A stretch of 63,704 nt of DNA, filler included, from Octopus bimaculoides (GCF_001194135.2; 11 parts of 11 records of this genome joined end to end with filler, not necessarily neighbours in it); one strand, 5' to 3'; shown: positions 12,674 through 25,287, counted from the first letter of the whole stretch. Notes: generated from the sequence alone by a model not told the origin. Translations and numbers: made by a program.

Positions 12674-13992
12674 TACATTGTATATATTTGAATAGAAATA
12701 TACTTGGACATAACAATTTTAATTAAAAAAAATACTCCAAACTTTTGGCTTCGAAGCAAGGAAATGATTGGCAATGGTCTTCTTTGCATTTCTCGGAATA
12801 TTGTTGATATTCCTTGGACTTGAAATTTCACAATATATGACCGTCAGGATCCAGGACCTATTTTCTTAAACACGAAGGACCTGATGCCATTTAAGAAGTT
12901 TGCTATGTAAGAATCTCTGTGCTTGGCGGCGAGAATAGAATGCTTTTTCAATACATAAACCTTGTNNNNNNNNNNNNNNNNNNNNNNNNNNNNNNNNNNN
13001 NNNNNNNNNNNNNNNNNNNNNNNNNNNNNNNNNNNNNNNNNNNNNNNNNNNNNNNNNNNNNNNNNNNNNNNNNNNNNNNNNNNNNNNNNNNNNNNNNNNN
13101 NNNNNNNNNNNNNNNNNNNNNNNNNNNNNNNNNNNNNNNNNNNNNNNNNNNNNNNNNNNNNNNNNNNNNNNNNNNNNNNNNNNNNNNNNNNNNNNNNNNN
13201 NNNNNNNNNNNNNNNNNNNNNNNNNNNNNNNNNNNNNNNNNNNNNNNNNNNNNNNNNNNNNNNNNNNNNNNNNNNNNNNNNNNNNNNNNNNNNNNNNNNN
13301 NNNNNNNNNNNNNNNNNNNNNNNNNNNNNNNNNNNNNNNNNNNNNNNNNNNNNNNNNNNNNNNNNNNNNNNNNNNNNNNNNNNNNNNNNNNNNNNNNNNN
13401 NNNNNNNNNNNNNNNNNNNNNNNNNNNNNNNNNNNNNNNNNNNNNNNNNNNNNNNNNNNNNNNNNNNNNNNNNNNNNNNNNNNNNNNNNNNNNNNNNNNN
13501 NNNNNNNNNNNNNNNNNNNNNNNNNNNNNNNNNNNNNNNNNNNNNNNNNNNNNNNNNNNNNNNNNNNNNNNNNNNNNNNNNNCCACAAACTCTCCTGATT
13601 GTTTTCAAGACGTACTGGCATTCGATATGCGGAGTTTTCTACTAAATGTACCTGCATTAACAGGCTGTTTTCAAGTCTCTGCAAACTTCAAAAAGAACAG
13701 TCATAACTGAATTCCCTCCACACTCAGTTCTAGTCGTCTTTGTTACGTTAATATAATATTCGAATATCACCAAATAACAAGACTCATTATTTTAGACAGT
13801 TGGGGTAACATATAAATGTTTAAGAACACACTCATTCAACACCAAAACCATACATCCTGACACACATATACATACATGCATATAAACTATCTNNNNNNNN
13901 NNNNNNNNNNNNNNNNNNNNNNNNNNNNNNNNNNNNTTAATTAATTAANNNNNNNNNNNNNNNNNNNNNNNNNNNNNNNNNNNNNNNNNNNN

Positions 13993-14043
<51 letters not shown>

Positions 14044-14276
14044 GCATATATATACATATATATATAGACATATATATAGATACACACGCACACGCACAAA
14101 CACACTCACGCAGACTCACATACAAACACACACACACACGCACACACTCATGTAGATAAATACATACATAAACATATATACTCACAATTTAATATTTTCA
14201 TATCACTAAACACGCATACATATATATATATGTATATATATATACATATTAAATCGTACATTCGTGCTTATATAAA

Positions 14277-15084
14277 CAGGATGCGGTGAATGAATTGTCA
14301 TCTAAACTACGCAAAAATGAAAATAACACTGACATCTCATATTAACAGATATATTTACCAAAATTATACAAAAATATCTTGAAATATGAAAGAATAAATT
14401 TGCCATTGGCTTCAACCATGGCCTCCAGACGACTTTTGAATCTACTGCAACCCTTCTGAACAGTCTCCTTGCTTGAGGTGGAGAATGCTGCCATAATCCT
14501 TGCCTTCAATTCGTCTTTGGTGTTAGGAAAGGTTTTATTGGTCTCTCGCTCAACTACGCCCCGCACATAATAATCAAGGGGGTTGTAGTCTGGAGAGTTA
14601 GGTGACCAGATATTAGAGACGATGTGGTCGTAGAAATTGTGTGACAGCCATGACTGAGTTTTCCTGCTTGAGCAGAATGTTGCAGAGTCCTGTTCCCAGA
14701 TATAGGGGTCTTCCAGCAGCCGCCTTCTTGGCCCGGGCAACACTACCTCCTTCAGGCACATCATGTAGGCCCCTATGTAGAGTCTGCGGCCGTGTGGGAA
14801 AATGAATGGAGGCATAACGTCGCCATCGCCAGTGATCACTCCAAACACCATGATGTTGACTGGATATTTGATTCCTATCACCCTCGGTACATGTCCTCAG
14901 ATTGCCCTTTCCTCAGATTCACACCCAAACACCCTGAAAAGTTCGTATTGGAGCTTCCGGTGCGAATGCCAAGCAGTACAGCATGTTGTTTCCAAATGTC
15001 TGGGTGAGTGAATATCAAAACAAACAACACACATGCACAAAATTTAAAAATATGAAATGGAGACAGTTTACCCGTTGCCCCCTG
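14277..15084 (-). mobile_element. Internally deleted maT (DD37D) transposon retaining the C-terminal catalytic region
   Basis: ORF 14342-14881 contains WEQDSA...SPDYNPLDYY with exactly 37 residues between the last two catalytic Asp. The right end reads CAGGGGGCAACGGG on the minus strand, next to TA. Confidence 0.88.
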
Positions 15085-15378
15085 TATAATATATATATAT
15101 ATATATANNNNNNNNNNNNNNNNNNNNNNNNNNNNNNNNNNNNNNNNNNNNNNNNNNNNNNNNNNNNNNNNNNNNNNNNNNNNNNNNNNNNNNNNNNNNN
15201 NNNNNNNNNNNNNNNNNNNNNNNNNNNNNNNNNNNNNNNNNNNNNNNNNNNNNNNNNNNNNNNNNNNNNNNNNNNNNNNNNNNNNNNNNNNNNNNNNNNN
15301 NNNNNNNNNNNNNNNNNNNNNNNNNNNNNNNNNNNNNNNNNNNNNNNNNNNNNNNNNNNNNNNNNNNNNNNNNNNNNN

Positions 15379-15433
<55 letters not shown>

Positions 15434-15630
15434 TATACGCTTGTGTACATGTATGTAAATATCTTAATTTGTTTCTCATATTTTTTGGTAAAACATTTTG
15501 ACTCGTATCATTGAGTTTTTTCAAAAGAGTGAAATTAGGAATCAGCGTGATATTATGCAAATGAAACTCATTCATGCTTTTGTGTGTGTGTATAAACGTA
15601 TATATATTTATATATAAATATATATCTATA

Positions 15631-15682
<52 letters not shown>

Positions 15683-15884
15683 CGAGATACATAGTGAAAT
15701 CGTTGATATAAATTTTGCTAAATGTATACATCTTACATTTAGTAAATATTTTCTCAGATTTTCTACAAGCCAATCAACAATATCATGCAACTAAGTACTA
15801 TGTGTTTCCGTGTGTATGTGCGAGTGCATAAATGCGCACAGATGTATTGATGTATTTGTGTGTGTATATATGTATGTATACATA

Positions 15885-15950
<66 letters not shown>

Positions 15951-16856
15951 NNNNNNNNNNNNNNNNNNNNNNNNNNNNNNNNNNNNNNNNNNNNNNNNNN
16001 NNNNNNNNNNNNNNNNNNNNNNNNNNNNNNNNNNNNNNNNNNNNNNNNNNNNNNNNNNNNNNNNNNNNNNNNNNNNNNNNNNNNNNNNNNNNNNNNNNNN
16101 NNNNNNNNNNNNNNNNNNNNNNNNNNNNNNNNNNNNNNNNNNNNNNNNNNNNNNNNNNNNNNNNNNNNNNNNNNNNNNNNNNNNNNNNNNNNNNNNNNNN
16201 NNNNNNNNNNNNNNNNNNNNNNNNNNNNNNNNNNNNNNNNNNNNNNNNNNNNNNNNNNNNNNNNNNNNNNNNNNNNNNNNNNNNNNNNNNNNNNNNNNNN
16301 NNNNNNNNNNNNNNNNNNNNNNNNNNNNNNNNNNNNNNNNNNNNNNNNNNNNNNNNNNNNNNNNNNNNNNNNNNNNNNNNNNNNNNNNNNNNNNNNNNNN
16401 NNNNNNNNNNNNNNNNNNNNNNNNNNNNNNNNNNNNNNNNNNNNNNNNNNNNNNNNNNNNNNNNNNNNNNNNNNNNNNNNNNNNNNNNNNNNNNNNNNNN
16501 NNNNNNNNNNNNNNNNNNNNNNNNNNNNNNNNNNNNNNNNNNNNNNNNNNNNNNNNNNNNNNNNNNNNNNNNNNNNNNNNNNNNNNNNNNNNNNNNNNNN
16601 NNNNNNNNNNNNNNNNNNNNNNNNNNNNNNNNNNNNNNNNNNNNNNNNNNNNNNNNNNNNNNNNNNNNNNNNNNNNNNNNNNNNNNNNNNNNNNNNNNNN
16701 NNNNNNNNNNNNNNNNNNNNNNNNNNNNNNNNNNNNNNNNNNNNNNNNNNNNNNNNNNNNNNNNNNNNNNNNNNNNNNNNNNNNNNNNNNNNNNNNNNNN
16801 NNNNNNNNNNNNNNNNNNNNNNNNNNNNNATAAATATGTATGTATGTATGTATATA

Positions 16857-17023
16857 TCAATTTTTTTTCTCCGTGTTTTTCTCCTTGTCTCCGTATTCTT
16901 TCTGTTGAAGAGCGTAGCTCGAAACGTCAAAGACTTTCCGTATTCCCGAGCGTCATACTAATATATACTTTTGTTATTTACACCACCTGTCCTCGTCTGT
17001 TGTTATTTTTTGTATATCCTCCC
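16857..17023 (+). mobile_element. ~167-bp hammerhead-bearing repeat 'family A', copy 1
   Basis: About 97% identical (by eye) to the reverse complement of 25286-25453. TA-rich flanks. Confidence 0.9.
16897..16933 (+). ncRNA. Minimal type I hammerhead ribozyme motif (A6U variant)
   Basis: UCUUU-CUGUUGA-A-GAGC(GUA)GCUC-GAA-ACGU-C-AAAGA. 5-bp stem I, 4-bp stem II, palindromic ACGU stem III, GUC triplet (predicted cut 16928/16929). Confidence 0.72.
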
Positions 17024-17690
17024 CTATGTATATATGTATATACTGCAGTTCATCCGATGAGTTAACTACGAACCACTTTAGTGGATGAACCTTGAATAAT
17101 GATGCATGGACTAAAAACGATTCGAAAGTAAATGGATGCATATGCAATCGCTAGTAGTCTATGCTGCAGAAATGGGCGTCGGACATATTGAAACGAAATA
17201 GGCTATATAATTGAGTGTAGAAATATAAAATATGTAAATGTACTAATCTCCGTAATCATTGTAATTGTTTTGAATATACACTCAGTAAAATATTTATGAT
17301 CTCGCGAAGCAAACCCAGGATTTACCAATAGAATGAATTACTGTGGAATTGTTCAGTAATCCTTGGTGCACCTTACAACTCGATGCGTTTAGTCATAACC
17401 CGGATGAATGTTTGTACGGTACCCGCCTGGATACTCTTTCCCTATATATATACATTACACACACACACACACACACGCACACATTTATGGTCATAAATGA
17501 TAGAGATAGTTTGATGAATTTTTATTTCACAATAAGAAAATTCAATATCACGATAAATTGTTTCGTAACAAAAACATATAAACAATATATAATGTATTTA
17601 ATAATAAATGAATTACTTACATGGCAGCATTAATGTATAAAGGAAAAACATCCTTAATAATAATGAGGTGAAAGAAAAGAAAGTCTTTAT

Positions 17691-17731
17691 TATATAATAA
17701 TAATAATGATAATAATGATAATAATAATAAT

Positions 17732-17782
<51 letters not shown>

Positions 17783-17784
17783 TG

Positions 17785-17845
<61 letters not shown>

Positions 17846-17881
17846 TAATAATAATAAAAATGATAATAATAATAATAATAA
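17691..17881. repeat. (AAT)n microsatellite
   Basis: Direct reading. Confidence 0.95.
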
Positions 17882-17884
17882 ATT

Positions 17885-18437
17885 CCCTGATGCAGTACAT
17901 GGCAGTGGCTCTCATGGCTTCTGATCTTAATTGATTGGAAGTGCTATCCTGTACATTATTTTGTCTTGGTATAAAAGATGGGCTACAGCAAATATTCTGC
18001 TCAATACCACAGATTTGCTTGTCAGTTGTTTGACCTTAACCAGTTGAGCATGTCCCTTGGTGGCTGACGATATGTGCATCTCTGATCATGAGCAGAAGTA
18101 GTGGGGGAGCATCATAGCCATGTGTTGAGAGGAATTCTTTGGGGTTTGAATAATTCTCCCTTGGGTACATGGGTGTTTTTCTCAACATCCTTAAACAACC
18201 CTTATTCAGGGACCTTTTGAGCGGGATGGGCCACTCGACCCGAAGAAAATTCTAACTAGGCCCCACCTGCGATGTCATGCGCTGTTTATCTTGATATGAG
18301 ATTACCATGTCGCGCACATATGGTTGTGATGCATGTGCCTAGTGTACCCTTATCAGACGGGTAGTCATGATGGGTATAATGGGCTTCGTATATTTTACCC
18401 CAGTGTCACTTTGATGGTGTGCACTGCTTTCTCACTC
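17885..18437 (+). mobile_element. Family X, copy 2 (near full length), flanked by (AAT)n on both sides
   Basis: Starts CCCTGATGCAGTAC..GGCAGTGGCTCTCATGGCTTCTGATC and ends CTCACTC, followed by (AAT)n at 18438-18550. No ORF. Confidence 0.92.
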
Positions 18438-18489
18438 AATAATAATAATAATAATAATAGTAATAATAATAATAATGGTAATGATAATG

Positions 18490-18549
<60 letters not shown>

Positions 18550-18550
18550 T

Positions 18551-19690
18551 TTGGAACTATACAATGGCAAAAGAAAGAAATGAGTAGATTTATACCAAGA
18601 CCAGAAAAATGTTAACATTACATGGAGCTTTCCATCCTAAGAGTGACACTGATACGCTGTAATTGTCCAGAAGAAATGGTGGGAGAGGCTTCATCAGTTT
18701 TCAGGACTGTATCAAAGCAGGGGAAAACAGCTTAGGGTGGGATCTAAAAAATGCTGTGAAGCTACAGTTGAAACACACCAAGAACGCGGCGTCATCAAAA
18801 CTGAAAATTGTGTAACTAAAGGAAAATTTAAAGAAGAAATGAACAAAAAAAAAGAAAATGTACGGTCAGTTTGCAAGAGATGTGAACACGAAGACAGATA
18901 CAGAGGACTGGTGGCTATGGATGAGGATGAGTGACCTGTAGATAGAGACAGAAGCACTCATGCGCAGCTCAAGAACAAGCATTAAGGACCAACTATATGA
19001 AGTGCAGAATAGACAACATTACCGATAGCAACAAATGCAGAATGTATGGTGAGAGGGGTGAAACGGTATAGTACTTCGTTAGTGAATGCCAGAAATTGGC
19101 ACAACACGAATACAGAAGACACCACGACAATGTGGAAGGAATGATCCATTGGAGCTCTGTGGAAATCACAGCCTACAAAAGCAAAGACGTGGTATCAGCA
19201 AACCTCAGGAGTCACGGAAAATGAGAATTGCAAAATCCTGTGGGATGGAATGATCGACTGCGATCACCTGACCAGACATCGGAAAGCGGAGATTGTTGTA
19301 GTGAATAAAAAAGAAAGAACATGTATGATAATTGACATAGCATGACCCGGTGACAACAGGATCAAAGAGAAAGAAGAAGAAGAAAAAAATTATGACAATT
19401 TAAAGTGGGACATACGACGGTTGTGGTAAATAAAGAGAGTAGACGTGATACTAATAGTGACTGGGGCGCTTGGAAGTGTCAGCACTCAACTACCAGCAAA
19501 GCTAAAAGAGATCTGTGCAGGTGTGAAGATAGAACACCTACAAAAAATCAGCATTGCTTGGAACTGCAGGAATTCTTCGCAGGGTTCTTGAAGCATGACC
19601 CAGTAAAACAAGTTTCACATTAGTTTGCTGGCTGTGGACAGCTGACACATTCCATCACACTCAGCAATATAAGCAGTGAGTTTTAATACA
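18551..19690 (+). mobile_element. 5'-truncated R4/Dong-like non-LTR retrotransposon (RLE type), decayed
   Basis: Frames give RKMLTLHGAFHPKSD, GGRG, AQEQALRTN, a CCHC-type KCRM-GE-GETV--VSEC, HHDNV, and an RLE region IIDIA-PGD. 3' UTR followed by (AAT)n. Confidence 0.85.
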
Positions 19691-19715
19691 ATAATAATAA
19701 TAATAGTCACCAATG

Positions 19716-20075
19716 CCCGGATGCGGTACCAGGCAGTGGCTCTCATGGCTTCTGATCTTAACTGATTGGAAGTGTTATCATGTACATTGTTCTGTCTTGG
19801 TATAAAAAGATGGGCTACAGCAAATATTCTGTTTAATACCACAGATTTGTTTGTCAATTGCTTGACCTTAACCAGTTGAGCATGTCCCTTGGTGGCTGAC
19901 GATATGTGCATCTTTGATCATGAGCAGAAGTAGTGGGGGAGCATCATAGCCATGTGTTGAGAGGAATTCTTTGGGGTTTGAATAATTCACCTTTAGAAAC
20001 ATGGGTGGTTTGCTCAACATCCTTAAACAAACCTTATTCAGGGACCTTTTGAGCGGGATGGGCTACTCGACCTGA
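19716..20075 (+). mobile_element. Family X, copy 3 (runs into gap)
   Basis: Colinear with 17885-18243. Confidence 0.92.
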
Positions 20076-20442
20076 NNNNNNNNNNNNNNNNNNNNNNNNN
20101 NNNNNNNNNNNNNNNNNNNNNNNNNNNNNNNNNNNNNNNNNNNNNNNNNNNNNNNNNNNNNNNNNNNNNNNNNNNNNNNNNNNNNNNNNNNNNNNNNNNN
20201 NNNNNNNNNNNNNNNNNNNNNNNNNNNNNNNNNNNNNNNNNNNNNNNNNNNNNNNNNNNNNNNNNNNNNNNNNNNNNNNNNNNNNNNNNNNNNNNNNNNN
20301 NNNNNNNNNNNNNNNNNNNNNNNNNNNNNNNNNNNNNNNNNNNNNNNNNATAATAATAATTATTATTATTATTATTATTATTATTGTTGTTGTTGTTGTT
20401 GTTGTCGTTGTTTTTGTTATTGTTGTTGTTATTATTATTATT

Positions 20443-20499
<57 letters not shown>

Positions 20500-20533
20500 G
20501 TTGTTGTTGTTATTATTATTATTATTATTATTG

Positions 20534-21115
20534 TTATCTTTGCACAGCTTCTAATGCTGGAGACGTACTACAGAGTCAGCTGTTCACTACCAGTAAACTA
20601 AGGTAACACCTCTTATTTTTTGAGCACCTTCCGGAGTATTCGAGCACCTTCCGGAGTATTCGAGCACCTTCCGGAGTATTCGAGCGGTTCCACACAGTGC
20701 TGCTTTCTGCTAGTGCCCCACCCTTATAGCAACCCCTATTTGTTCTACGTACTTCCCGAGATATTTGCTCACTGTTCGCAGGGCTCCGACAATTATTAGT
20801 GCTACTGCTACCTTTTTCATCGACCACAACTGCTTAACTTCCCAAGCTAACCTGTCATATCTCTCGACTTTTCTTTCTTCCTTATCGCATACCTTGTTGT
20901 CAGCTGGACATGCTGTATCTATGATCCAGCATAGTTTGTTTTCTTTCTTAATTAAGACTATGTCCGGCTTCCTATTCTCAATCTCATGGTCGCACTGAAT
21001 CATAAAATCCTATAGGATCTTTGCATTTCCATTTTCGATGATGCGTTCAGGTTTGTGGTCATACCAATTTTTTGCTGTCAAGTCCATACTTGTTGCAATG
21101 TGCCAAATGGACAAT
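20534..21115 (-). mobile_element. 5'-truncated R4/Dong-like element, second subfamily (RLE domain + 3' UTR + (AAT)n tail)
   Basis: ORF 20710-21003 MIQCDHEIENRKPDIVLIKKENKLCWIIDTACPAD...ERYDRL is a PD-(D/E)xK-type RLE. The tail is the (TTA)n at 20350-20533. Confidence 0.88.
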
Positions 21116-21906
21116 AATAATAATAATGCTTAATTAAACAATTATTATGAAATTAGGCCACGAAGAAGAGACCACTTAAATTTAAATGAGCCTGTAGTGG
21201 TTGGTGTCAGGGACAAAAATTAGCCTCGGGCTAATCGTACTTTGAATCTAGGACCAGGAGTAATATATTGAGATTGTCTTTTTTGAAAAGTGATGCGTTT
21301 TATTCGCCATCAAATACGCATACATTTTCCATTAGATTCTTCATATATANNNNNNNNNNNNNNNNNNNNNNNNNNNNNNNNNNNNNNNNNNNNNNNNNNN
21401 NNNNNNNNNNNNNNNNNNNNNNNNNNNNNNNNNNNNNNNNNNNNNNNNNNNNNNNNNNNNNNNNNNNNNNNNNNNNNNNNNNNNNNNNNNNNNNNNNNNN
21501 NNNNNNNNNNNNNNNNNNNNNNNNNNNNNNNNNNNNNNNNNNNNNNNNNNNNNNNNNNNNNNNNNNNNNNNNNNNNNNNNNNNNNNNNNNNNNNNNNNNN
21601 NNNNNNNNNNNNNNNNNNNNNNNNNNNNNNNNNNNNNNNNNNNNNNNNNNNNNNNNNNNNNNNNNNNNNNNNNNNNNNNNNNNNNNNNNNNNNNNNNNNN
21701 NNNNNNNNNNNNNNNNNNNNNNNNNNNNNNNNNNNNNNNNNNNNNNNNNNNNNNNNNNNNNNNNNNNNNNNNNNNNNNNNNNNNNNNNNNNNNNNNNNNN
21801 NNNNNNNNNNNNNNNNNNNNNNNNNNNNNNNNNNNNNNNNNNNNNNNNNNNNNNNNNNNNNNNNNNNNNNNNNNNNNNNNNNNNNNNNNNNNNNNNNNNN
21901 NNNNNN

Positions 21907-21947
<41 letters not shown>

Positions 21948-22130
21948 TATCTATACACATATATACACACACGCACAGACATCAGTAGGTGTTTATTTTA
22001 TCGGTCTCCGAGGGAAAGACATGTTTGGATATCAAATCGTAGACTTATTACTGGAAAGACAGGTTGAAATAGTTTCGATCATAGGTCAGTTCTATGAAAT
22101 TCGACCTCAGGCTAAAGCATAACACCGACA

Positions 22131-22496
22131 TTAATAACCACTACACGCCATCAATAACAGTAACATCATCATCATCATCAACAGTACGAACAACATCAAA
22201 ATCAAAATCCTCATCAACAATGCCACCACGAACATCATTATGAATACCAACAAAACCATCATCAACAGCACCAACAATGTAAAACATGACAATAATGCCA
22301 ACAACATCACCGACAACAATGACATCAACAACAATACAAATAACGACTACAGCCTGACATCAGTAACAGCACCATCATCATTAACATCAACAATATAAAA
22401 TATGACAACGATACCATCATTATCATCATCATCATCATCGTCATCATCATCCTTCTCGTCATCATCATCATCGTCATCATCATCATCATCATCGTT

Positions 22497-22538
<42 letters not shown>

Positions 22539-22541
22539 GTT

Positions 22542-22577
<36 letters not shown>

Positions 22578-22751
22578 GTCGTCGTCATCATCATCATCGT
22601 AATCGTCACCATCATCATCATCATCATCATTATCATCATCGTTATCATCATCATCATCATCATCATCATCATCGTCGTCGTCGTCGTCATCATCATCATC
22701 GTAATCGTCACTATCATCATAATCATCATCATCATCATCGTTATCATCGTT

Positions 22752-22818
<67 letters not shown>

Positions 22819-22850
22819 CCGACAATACCATTACCAACAACGAGACATCA
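22131..22850. repeat. Large degenerate (CAT)n/(CAA)n/(CGT)n trinucleotide array
   Basis: Direct reading. Confidence 0.95.
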
Positions 22851-23762
22851 TACTAGCAACAATATTTCTAATAGGAAATTCGACAAGAGTAAGCAACTTT
22901 GCTATGACGTAGTTCTGTTGAATTTTATCTTTCTATTTCAGCTCCGATTTGTGTCCGGGTTTTGACAAGCTGTCCACTTTTAAGTAGCCAATATAATACA
23001 CGGAGTAGAAGTTAAATCTTTCCAAAAAGCCAGAACGGACGGAATAACAAACTTTCGGAGCTTTTCCTCATTGTTGCAGATTTAGGAATAAATGCCAAGA
23101 ATTGACAACTTGGGAAACGGTGATGATGATGATGATGACGATGATGATGATGATGATAAGAAGGAGAAGAAGAAAGGAGGGGAGGGGAGGAATTGTAAGG
23201 AAAAAGAAGAGTTAAAATAAGAAAAGAAAGAAGCATAGGAGGAGAAGGAAGAGTAAGAGGGAAAAGAAGGAAAAGAAGAAGAAGAAGAAGAAGAAGAAGA
23301 AGAAGAAGAAGAAGAAGAAGAAGAAGAAGAAGATGAGATGGGGTATGAGGAGAAAAAGAGAGAGTTGGAAAGTTAGAAGTGGAAGTTTGGGTGGTGGTTG
23401 ACCAATTCCTTGTGAGAGGAATTTGCCAAATGGAATATGCAGCAGTCAGACATGTGTGTGGGGGAGGGGGTGTTGTGTGCATGTGTGAGTGTAGTGCCTC
23501 TCTCTCTCAAGCGTAGACAGTCAGACAGACAGACACATAAATGATCAATAGATATGGATATAAACACATAGGTTTGGTTGAACAAACAAAAGAAATAGAT
23601 CCGAATGCATGAGTATAAAGAATGTTTTCTTTGCCAATTGATAATGTGTGTATAGTGCTTCTCTCTCTCTCTCCCTGTCTCTCTATATATATCTCTGTGT
23701 GTGTTTATAGACGCATATATATGTACATACATACATGCAAAGATGTATATATATATATGAGT

Positions 23763-23914
23763 GGCTGTGTGGTAAGAAGCCTGCTTCCCAACTGCATGAA
23801 TCCAGTTTCAGTCTTACAGCGTGGCACCTTGTTTGGGTGTCTTCTACTATAGCCTAGGGCCGACTAAAGCCTTGCGAGTAGATTTAGTTGACGTAAACTG
23901 AAAGAAGCCCGTCG
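23763..23914 (+). mobile_element. Family S SINE, 5' (tRNA-related) half
   Basis: GGCTGTGTGGTAAGAAG...CAGTCTTACAGCGTGGCACCTTG...GGGCCGACTAAAGCCTTG...GAAAGAAGCCCGTCG. Confidence 0.85.
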
Positions 23915-24095
23915 TATATATATATATATNNNNNNNNNNNNNNNNNNNNNNNNNNNNNNNNNNNNNNNNNNNNTTAATTAATTAANNNNNNNNNNNNNNN
24001 NNNNNNNNNNNNNNNNNNNNNNNNNNNNNACAAGAACTTCCAATATATTAACTGGATTCTTGTACAGAATTCTTGAGACATGAAGAATTCATACC

Positions 24096-24516
24096 ATCAT
24101 CATCATCATCATCATCATCATTTAATGTCAGCTTTCCATGCTGGTTTGGGTTGGATGGTTTGATATGGATCTGGCTAGCAGGGAGCTTCCCAGATTCCAA
24201 ATGTCTGTTGTGGCATGGTTTTAATTCTGACGTTGATCGCCTAAAAAATGTGCTAGGTGCTTTTCAATGTGCCACTGGCACAGTGCGTCTGTGCAGCACC
24301 GGAATGGGTGCTTTGAAGTGGCACTGGCACCTGAAAGGACAAGGCTGCATGTGTGGAAGACGGCAATTTTACTCAGCAAGTGACCACATCTCCTGGTCCC
24401 TTGTCGTTTCCTCAGTGAGGCTCAACATCCAAAGATTCTTTCTCACCACTTTGTTCCACATCTTCCTGGCTCTACCCCTTCCACAGATACCCTCCATGAT
24501 TAGAGCTCTGCACTTC
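24096..24516 (-). mobile_element. 3' end of an RTE-clade LINE with (GAT)n tail
   Basis: Minus-strand remnant similar to EG-CGRGRARKMWNKVVRKNLWMLSLTEET, then a 3' UTR ending in (ATG)n. Confidence 0.7.
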
Positions 24517-25256
24517 NNNNNNNNNNNNNNNNNNNNNNNNNNNNNNNNNNNNNNNNNNNNNNNNNNNNNNNNNNNNNNNNNNNNNNNNNNNNNNNNNNNN
24601 NNNNNNNNNNNNNNNNNNNNNNNNNNNNNNNNNNNNNNNNNNNNNNNNNNNNNNNNNNNNNNNNNNNNNNNNNNNNNNNNNNNNNNNNNNNNNNNNNNNN
24701 NNNNNNNNNNNNNNNNNNNNNNNNNNNNNNNNNNNNNNNNNNNNNNNNNNNNNNNNNNNNNNNNNNNNNNNNNNNNNNNNNNNNNNNNNNNNNNNNNNNN
24801 NNNNNNNNNNNNNNNNNNNNNNNNNNNNNNNNNNNNNNNNNNNNNNNNNNNNNNNNNNNNNNNNNNNNNNNNNNNNNNNNNNNNNNNNNNNNNNNNNNNN
24901 NNNNNNNNNNNNNNNNNNNNNNNNNNNNNNNNNNNNNNNNNNNNNNNNNNNNNNNNNNNNNNNNNNNNNNNNNNNNNNNNNNNNNNNNNNNNNNNNNNNN
25001 NNNNNNNNNNNNNNNNNNNNNNNNNNNNNNNNNNNNNNNNNNNNNNNNNNNNNNNNNNNNNNNNNNNNNNNNNNNNNNNNNNNNNNNNNNNNNNNNNNNN
25101 NNNNNNNNNNNNNNNNNNNNNNNNNNNNNNNNNNNNNNNNNNNNNNNNNNNNNNNNNNNNNNNNNNNNNNNNNNNNNNNNNNNNNNNNNNNNNNNNNNNN
25201 NNNNNNNNNNNNNNNNNNNNNNNNNNNNNNNNNNNNNNNNNNNNNNNNNNNNNNNN

Positions 25257-25285
<29 letters not shown>

Positions 25286-25287
<2 letters not shown>

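Noticed and set aside
18064-18110. CTGACGA in family X as a hammerhead core
   Set aside because: Followed by GAAG rather than GAAA, and stem II does not start at the core.
20622-20685. Three 20-bp direct repeats as a CRISPR array
   Set aside because: No spacers, eukaryotic context, and located inside a LINE.
22922-22941. Strong splice-acceptor-like tract TTTTATCTTTCTATTTCAG
   Set aside because: No convincing exon frame or donor follows.
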